Assembly: GCA_964522405.1 (NCBI GenBank)
Contig: CAZFTR010000006.1
Span: forward strand, 2,430 to 66,429
DNA length: 64,000 bases
Reading direction: 5' to 3'
Source: an uncultured Gammaproteobacteria bacterium
Lineage (GTDB): Bacteria > Patescibacteriota > Patescibacteriia > Magasanikbacterales > UBA922
Each line of letters begins with the position of its first letter. The stretch's first letter is position 1. A model generated the notes under the pieces. That model ran no database searches. It had not been told where the DNA came from and saw only the letters and a program-made list of their open reading frames with translations. This document shows positions 57,698 through 64,000 of the stretch, piece after piece. A program made the position numbers and the translations under genes.

Positions 57698-59227
57698 TTG
57701 ATTAAAATGCTTACTGATTATCAACGTTATAGATTTTATGAAATTCTTCCAGGCTTGTCTGTCTGGTCTACTTTGATATTAGCTTTATCATTGTCATTCA
57801 TCAAACCTCTATGGATGATTTATTTTATAATTATTTTTGATGTTTATTGGGTTTTGAAAGTAATTAATTTTTGTTTTTATCTGTCACTAGCTTGGTATAG
57901 GTTTAGGCGGGTGCGTTCATCTGATTGGAAAGATCGTCTCAAGCATGAAGTTGATAATTGGCAAGATAAAATGCATGTGGTTTTTCTTACTCTTTATAAT
58001 GAGGAGTGGGAAGTGGTTGAAAGTTCTCTGAAAAGTCTTGAAAATTCAATTTATGACAGGGAGAAATTTGTGGTGGTAATTGCTGGAGAAGAAAGAAAAA
58101 AGGAACATTTTGAAAAGATTTGCAAGAAGGTCCGTCAGAAATTTACAGATTCTTTTGGAGATATTGTTTATATTGCACATCCAAAAGATCTTAAAGGTGA
58201 GATCCCGGGAAAAGGTTCAAACCTGCATTTTGCTGAAAGAAGGATAAAAAGGTATATTGATGAAAAAGGTTGGGATTACAAAAAAGTAATTGCCACTATT
58301 TTTGATATAGATACTGTAGTTCATCATGAGTATTTTGCTTATCTGACTTATGTTTATTGTAAACATCCAAATCCTACCAGAAGTTCATATCAACCAATAG
58401 CAGTCTACAATAATAATATGTGGGATTCGCCTTCTGTGCTTCGAATTATGGCTTTTGGTACTACCTTTTGGATGCTGACTTCCTTGGCGCGTCAAGATGC
58501 TTTGGTAACTTTTTCTTCACATTCTATGAGTTTTCAGGCCATTGTTGACGCCGGTTTCCATGAAAAGAGAATTGTCAGCGAGGATTCCAGGATTTTTTAT
58601 CAGTGCTTGCTCAGATACAATGGAAATTATTCTGTAACCCCAATTTATCTGCCTGTATCCATGGATACAGTGCGTGATGACAAATGGTGGACTAGTGTGA
58701 AAAATCTTTATAAGCAGCAGAGGCGTTGGGCTTGGGGAGTTGAGCATGTTCCTTATTTGATGTGGGAATTTAGAAAAAAAAGAAAACAAATTCCTTGGTA
58801 TAAAAGATTTAAATGGATTTTTGTGGAGTGGGAAGGAAAATGGTCCTGGTCACTGGTGGCCTTATTGATTACTTTTTTGGGACAGCTACCTTTGCTTTTT
58901 GCTTCTGAGTCTGTTCGGCAAAGCGCATTATTTTTCAATGCTCCGCATATGCTGCAAATACTTATGACTTTGGCCATGCTTGGTCTTCTTTTGTCAGCTT
59001 TGCTTAGTTTTCCATTGTTGCCTAAGCGTCCGGATTCTCATCCAAAACATAAGTATATTACTATGCTTTTACAATGGACGCTTTTACCGATCTCTATGAT
59101 TTTTGTTAGTGCTATTCCGGCAATTGATGCTGTTACTCATCTGATGTTTGGCAAGTATCTTGGTTTCAATGTTTCCCAAAAACAAAGAAAGAAAAACCGG
59201 GAAGTCGCATTAAAAGCTATTAAATAA
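57698..59227 (+). CDS. Membrane-embedded family 2 glycosyltransferase (cellulose/chitin-synthase-like, QxxRW motif)
   Basis: 509 aa; N- and C-terminal TM helices, cytoplasmic GT-A domain with D,D,D residues and QQRRWAWG. Confidence 0.6.
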   Translation: MIKMLTDYQRYRFYEILPGLSVWSTLILALSLSFIKPLWMIYFIIIFDVYWVLKVINFCFYLSLAWYRFRRVRSSDWKDRLKHEVDNWQDKMHVVFLTLYNEEWEVVESSLKSLENSIYDREKFVVVIAGEERKKEHFEKICKKVRQKFTDSFGDIVYIAHPKDLKGEIPGKGSNLHFAERRIKRYIDEKGWDYKKVIATIFDIDTVVHHEYFAYLTYVYCKHPNPTRSSYQPIAVYNNNMWDSPSVLRIMAFGTTFWMLTSLARQDALVTFSSHSMSFQAIVDAGFHEKRIVSEDSRIFYQCLLRYNGNYSVTPIYLPVSMDTVRDDKWWTSVKNLYKQQRRWAWGVEHVPYLMWEFRKKRKQIPWYKRFKWIFVEWEGKWSWSLVALLITFLGQLPLLFASESVRQSALFFNAPHMLQILMTLAMLGLLLSALLSFPLLPKRPDSHPKHKYITMLLQWTLLPISMIFVSAIPAIDAVTHLMFGKYLGFNVSQKQRKKNREVALKAIK

Positions 59228-59230
59228 AAT

Positions 59231-60697
59231 ATGTTTGAGATTAGAAAAAAAAGAAGATTTTGGCCATATGTATTGTTGGTCTTTTTTATTTTTTTATTTT
59301 TTTCTGGAATTTACTTATATAATTTTGTTGTTAATTTTGATCCGGTTTCCTTTGCAAGTCATCCCTCAGTTCAAAAAGAGATTAAAAAACGAATTGGATC
59401 TGAAAATGTCGGGGCTTTTGAATTGGCTCCTTATCTGCTTGGTTTTGAAAAACCAAAAACTATTTTAGTTTTGTTTTTAAATAATACTGAATTAAGGCCT
59501 GGGGGAGGATTTATAGGAACTTATGCTGTTATTGAGATGAATAAGGGGAAAACCAGAGTTCTTAAACTTGAAGGAACTGAAAGTATTGATAATGCAGCTG
59601 ATAAATCTTTACTTCCTGAGCCGCTACCAATCATGAAAGAACAATTATTGGTTGACAGATGGTTTTTTAGGGATAGTAATTGGTCTCCGGATTTTAGTGA
59701 GAGTTCAAAAAAAGCCCTTGAATTATACAGGCTTGAAAATGGTCTTGCTGCAAATAAGATTGATGCTGTGGTGGGAATAACAACAGATGTATTGGAAGAG
59801 TTACTCTTGCTCACCGGTCCTGTCAGTGTTCAGGAAATTGAGTTTAATTCTGAAAATGTAACTGAAAAGCTGGAATATGAGGTTGAATATGCTTACAAAG
59901 AAAGAGGAATTTCATTTGCTGATCGAAAAAGAATTATTGAGCCTTTTATGCATGAGGTTTTGAATAGGCTGGCAAAAAAAGGCATATATAATATGAAAAA
60001 GTATTTTTCAGTTTTAGAAAAATTGGCCAGTGAAAAGCAGATTTTATTTTATTCTCCTGACCAAGAGTTGCATGAAATTGCCAAGAAGATCGGCTGGACA
60101 AATGAAATAGAGGAGGTGGATGGCGATTATCTGATGTGGATTGATGCTAATCTGGCTGCACTTAAAACCGATCATGCTCTTGAGAGAGATTTGAGTTATA
60201 CAATAGAAAATAAAAATGAGGAGTACCTTGCTAAAGCAAAAATGCAATATACTCACTCAGGATCATTTGATTGGAGAACCTCCAGATACCGAAGTTATAC
60301 TCGTCTTTTTGTTCCAAATGGCGCAAAATTAAATTCTATTATTTTTGATAATGGAGATACGCTCAAGGAATTTGACATGGAAGATGTTGATCTGGGTCAA
60401 GAATTAGGTAAACAATGGTTTGGAGTTTTTATTTCAATTGAACCGGGAGAAAGAGTCAGTCTGGAGTTTAATTATTCTTTGCCGGAAACAGTCATATATA
60501 GCAATGGTAGTTTGTACAAACTTTTTGTTCAGAAGCAGGCCGGAACTAAAAATCCGGGATTGACTCTAGGTCTGAATTTTGATAAAAATATACTACAGAC
60601 TGAGCCGGTGGAATCAGATCATAAGTCTGATAATTCATATTCATACCAAACAGATTTAAGAATAGATAGGGAGTTTTCAATTAAATTTAAAGAGTAA
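59231..60697 (+). CDS. DUF4012-domain protein (N-terminal TM anchor)
   Basis: 488 aa; ...VLFLNNTELRPGGGFIGTYAVIEM... matches the DUF4012 core; commonly adjacent to GT2 genes. Confidence 0.5.
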   Translation: MFEIRKKRRFWPYVLLVFFIFLFFSGIYLYNFVVNFDPVSFASHPSVQKEIKKRIGSENVGAFELAPYLLGFEKPKTILVLFLNNTELRPGGGFIGTYAVIEMNKGKTRVLKLEGTESIDNAADKSLLPEPLPIMKEQLLVDRWFFRDSNWSPDFSESSKKALELYRLENGLAANKIDAVVGITTDVLEELLLLTGPVSVQEIEFNSENVTEKLEYEVEYAYKERGISFADRKRIIEPFMHEVLNRLAKKGIYNMKKYFSVLEKLASEKQILFYSPDQELHEIAKKIGWTNEIEEVDGDYLMWIDANLAALKTDHALERDLSYTIENKNEEYLAKAKMQYTHSGSFDWRTSRYRSYTRLFVPNGAKLNSIIFDNGDTLKEFDMEDVDLGQELGKQWFGVFISIEPGERVSLEFNYSLPETVIYSNGSLYKLFVQKQAGTKNPGLTLGLNFDKNILQTEPVESDHKSDNSYSYQTDLRIDREFSIKFKE

Positions 60698-60699
60698 GT

Positions 60700-61707
60700 A
60701 TGTTGATAAAAAAAGTAGCAATTGATCTTGGAACTACCAATGTATTGGTTCATGTTCCTAAACATGGAATAGTAATCAATGAACCATCTGTAGTGGCGGT
60801 TTCCAAAGAAGATGGAAAAATTTTGGCGGTTGGAGTAGAGGCCAAAGAAATGATTGGAAGGACTCCGGATACTATTGTGGCAGATAGACCGCTAAAAGAT
60901 GGAGTAATAGCCAGCTACAAGACAACAGAAGCTATGCTAAGATATTTTATAAATAAAGCTCTGGGTGGCTTTCGTTTGTTCCGCCCGGAAGTTATGATTG
61001 CAGTTCCTGCCGGGATTACTTCTACAGAACGTCGTGCTGTGATTGATGCTGCTATGACAGCAGGAGCAAGAGCAGCATATATTATCAAGGAACCAATTGT
61101 GGCAGCTATTGGAGCGGATATTCCAATTGGGAGCGCTTCTGGTCATATGATTATAGACATTGGTGGTGGAACTGCTGAGATTGCAGTTATTTCACTTGGT
61201 GGAATTGTATCTTGTGGATCAGTTAGAATTGGTGGAAATAAATTTGACGCTTCGATTAGTGAACATATTAGAAGAAAGCATGGTTTGGCAATAGGAGAGA
61301 GAAGTTCAGAAGATGTAAAAATAAAAGTGGGTTCAGCCATGTTTATGAATAAGCCCCTTGAAATGGAAGTAAAGGGAAGAGATATGGTCAGTGGTTTGCC
61401 GAGAACTCTTACAGTGACTTCAGATGATACTACTGAAGCACTTCAGCATGACCTAGAGGGTTTGGTTCAAGCTGTTAAAGAAGTCCTTCATAAAACTCCA
61501 CCGGAACTTTCAGCAGATGTGATGGATAAGGGTATTATTATGTCCGGAGGTTCTAGTCAGCTTCGCAATCTTGATGAACTTTTTGCCGAAGCCACCGGTG
61601 TTGCTTGCTATGTTGCTGATGATCCACTTCTTTGCGTGGCCAAAGGAACCGGTGTTGCGCTTGAAAATCTGGAAAATTATAAGAGAAGCGTTTTGTCTAC
61701 TAAGTAA
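60700..61707 (+). CDS. mreB: Rod shape-determining protein MreB
   Basis: 335 aa; actin-fold phosphate-1/2 motifs [28 protein letters not shown]. Confidence 0.9.
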   Translation: MLIKKVAIDLGTTNVLVHVPKHGIVINEPSVVAVSKEDGKILAVGVEAKEMIGRTPDTIVADRPLKDGVIASYKTTEAMLRYFINKALGGFRLFRPEVMIAVPAGITSTERRAVIDAAMTAGARAAYIIKEPIVAAIGADIPIGSASGHMIIDIGGGTAEIAVISLGGIVSCGSVRIGGNKFDASISEHIRRKHGLAIGERSSEDVKIKVGSAMFMNKPLEMEVKGRDMVSGLPRTLTVTSDDTTEALQHDLEGLVQAVKEVLHKTPPELSADVMDKGIIMSGGSSQLRNLDELFAEATGVACYVADDPLLCVAKGTGVALENLENYKRSVLSTK

Positions 61708-61718
61708 ACTGCAATTTT

Positions 61719-62927
61719 ATGAATGATCTTAGTAAGATAGATCTGGCTATAGAAAAATTAAAAAAAGGTGAAATAGTGATCATTGTTGATGATGAGAATA
61801 GAGAAAATGAGGGGGATTTAGTGATTTCTGCAGAGCATATTACACCGGAAAAAATGAGTTTTATAATTCGCTATACAGGTGGAGTTGTTTGTTTAGCTCT
61901 TTCAAATCAGATTGTAGACAAACTGCAACTGCCTCATATGGTCCCAAATAATACTTCTAAAAGAGAAACACCATTTACTGTAAGTATTGAAGCCAAAGAG
62001 GGGGTTGATACTGGCATTTCAGCAAAAGATCGAGTAACTACTATTCAAGCGGCCATAAATGACAAAGCGCAAGCAGAAGACCTGGTTAAACCTGGTCATG
62101 TTTTTCCTTTACGCGCGCATGATGGTGGAGTTCTCTGGAGAGGTGGTCATACCGAGGCTTCAGTGGATTTATGCAAGATAGCAGGACTGAAATCAGCTGC
62201 TGTAATAAGTGAGCTTATGAATGATGATGGAACTATGATGAGGATGAGCGATATTGAAAATTTTGCCAAAGAAAATGATCTTTTGGTAATATCAGTTGCA
62301 GAGATTATCGAACATAGGCATAAGACAGAAACTTTTATTGAACTTTTGGCTGAAACTGATTTAAAGACAGAAAGTGGAAATTGGCATTTGAAAGTTTACC
62401 ATGATTTATTGCACAAGACTGAACAGATAGCTTTGATAAAAGGAAAATTGAACAAAGATCTACCCACGCTGGTTAGAGTACATTCAGAATGCATGACCGG
62501 AGATATTTTTTCTTCAAAACATTGTGATTGTGGTCAACAACTGGATAAATCAATGGAAATCATAAATCAAGAAGGTGAGGGCGTGTTACTTTATATGAGG
62601 CAAGAAGGAAGGGGTATTGGTTTGGTGAATAAAATAAGGGCTTATGAGCTCCAACACAGAGATAAGCTTGATACTTATGAAGCAAATAAAAAATTAGGTT
62701 TTGCAGAAGATTTAAGAGATTATGGTGTAGGAGCTCAAATTCTCAAAGATATTGGTTGTGGCAAAATTCGTTTGATGACTAATAATCCAAAAAAAATGGG
62801 AGGCATATCAGGTTATGGAATTGAAGTGACAGAGCAAGTTCCAATTGAAATTGAGCCAAATGGTGTAGATGATGATTATCTAAAAGCAAAAAAAAATAAA
62901 ATGGGGCATATTTTGAAAAAAGTATAA
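61719..62927 (+). CDS. ribBA: Bifunctional 3,4-dihydroxy-2-butanone-4-phosphate synthase / GTP cyclohydrolase II
   Basis: 402 aa; RibB N-terminal half ([11 protein letters not shown]) and RibA C-terminal half with CxC...C zinc site and RQEGRGIGL. Confidence 0.9.
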   Translation: MNDLSKIDLAIEKLKKGEIVIIVDDENRENEGDLVISAEHITPEKMSFIIRYTGGVVCLALSNQIVDKLQLPHMVPNNTSKRETPFTVSIEAKEGVDTGISAKDRVTTIQAAINDKAQAEDLVKPGHVFPLRAHDGGVLWRGGHTEASVDLCKIAGLKSAAVISELMNDDGTMMRMSDIENFAKENDLLVISVAEIIEHRHKTETFIELLAETDLKTESGNWHLKVYHDLLHKTEQIALIKGKLNKDLPTLVRVHSECMTGDIFSSKHCDCGQQLDKSMEIINQEGEGVLLYMRQEGRGIGLVNKIRAYELQHRDKLDTYEANKKLGFAEDLRDYGVGAQILKDIGCGKIRLMTNNPKKMGGISGYGIEVTEQVPIEIEPNGVDDDYLKAKKNKMGHILKKV

Positions 62928-62935
62928 ATTATTAT

Positions 62936-64000
62936 GGATCAATTTCTAATTCAAGCAATCGATTTGGCAAAGGAAGCGGTTGGTTTGGTTTCTCCCAATC
63001 CTGCAGTTGGTGCTTTGATTGTTCGAAATGGAAAAGTTATTGGAAAAGGATATACCAAACAAGCCGGAAAAAATCATGCTGAGATAGAAGCATTAAATTC
63101 AGTTAAAAATAAAAAATTACTAAAGGATGCAACCATGTATGTCACTCTTGAACCTTGTGCTCATTCTGGAAAAACAGCACCTTGTGCAGATGCAGTTGTC
63201 TCAGCCGGAATAAAAAAAGTAGTTATTGGCATGAAAGATCCTTTCACAGAAGTTAATGGAAAAGGAATTGGAAAATTGAAAAAAGCTGGAATTGGAGTTG
63301 AACTCTTGAATAAAAAATTGGAATTATTTCAGGAAGTAAAAAACTTAAATCAGCCTTTTTTGAAATTTGTAAAAACAGGTTTGCCTTTTGTGACTTTAAA
63401 AGCAGCAGTTTCTCTTGACGGAAAAATTGCCACAAGAGTCGGAGATTCAAAATGGATTAGCTCTGAAAGTTCCAGAAAAGATTCTAGAATAGAAAGAGGT
63501 GCGGCTGATTCAGTTTTGGTTGGAGTTGGAACTGTTAATGCAGATAATCCGGAACTTGCAGCACATGGTAAATTCAAAAATAAAAAATTATTAAGAGTAG
63601 TAATTGATCCGGAATTAAAATCAAATATCAAATCAAAGATTTTTAGAGATCAGAATGTATTTATTGCTCACACAGATCGGGCAAGCAAGAAAAATATTTT
63701 AAAATTTAAAAAATCAAGAATAAACATCAAGTCTTTTGGAAAGAAAAAAGTTTCTATAAAAGCTTTGTTAAAATATCTGGGACAAAAATCAATTCAGCAT
63801 ATTTTTGTAGAAGGTGGTGGGGGAGTTCATGGATCATTCCATGATGCAGCTTTGTCTGATAAAATACTGGTAGATCGAGTATTGTGGTATCTATCTCCAA
63901 AAATAATTGGCGGAGAGAATTCAGTGGATTCTGTAGCTGGAAATGGTATTAGAAAAATAAACCAAGTTCTGAAATTAGAACAAAAGAAAATCAAACAAAT
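62936..64000 (+). CDS. ribD: Riboflavin biosynthesis protein RibD (deaminase + reductase), 3' partial at window end
   Basis: Open frame to window end; CMP/dCMP deaminase zinc motif HAEIEAL...EPCAHSGKTAPC then reductase domain. Confidence 0.85.

Noticed and set aside
1-64000. CRISPR arrays, rRNA genes, transposases or integrases, and toxin-antitoxin pairs
   Set aside because: I looked for regularly spaced direct repeats, rRNA-like conserved blocks and DDE/tyrosine recombinase motifs. I found none. The repeats present are inverted or irregular.

Overview
This is a low-GC (roughly 35-38%) bacterial chromosome segment with compact genes that looks like a Candidate Phyla Radiation (Patescibacteria) genome, possibly Saccharibacteria-like. 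The evidence is the presence of tsaD plus a truncated tsaB-like gene, a type IV secretion-like cluster, ComFC, and few biosynthetic genes. The type IV secretion-like cluster holds a giant TrbL/VirB6-like protein with a coiled-coil tail, a PrgI/VirB3-like protein, and a VirB4 split by an in-frame stop. Housekeeping genes present are recO, asnS, clpP, nrnA, smc, lysA, dapF, rpsP, khpA, htpX, lemA, rseP, pheS, pheT, dnaE, tsaD, rplJ, rplL, mreB, ribBA and ribD (3' partial). RNA elements found are two tRNA-Ser, one tRNA-Glu, one aberrant tRNA-like element, a second tRNA-like structured element, and a well-supported unassigned ncRNA. The main anomaly is five short high-GC islands (about 60-65% GC) at about 1035-1510, 22459-22862, 26420-28600, 48135-48948 and 51641-52200. 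Each sits in an intergenic gap of the native genome and carries its own ORF(s) with RBS-like and hairpin signals. Their products are two small membrane proteins, an aspartokinase plus a 92-aa protein immediately upstream of the native lysA-dapF, an unknown 150-aa protein next to an inverted-repeat-bounded structured element and a G-rich tract, and a tandem peptidoglycan-binding-domain protein next to a tRNA-Glu whose 3' end is duplicated. They could be horizontal transfers from a high-GC donor, for example an actinobacterial host of an episymbiont, or chimeric or artificial insertions. The sequence alone cannot decide between these. No CRISPR array, rRNA or recognisable transposase was seen.
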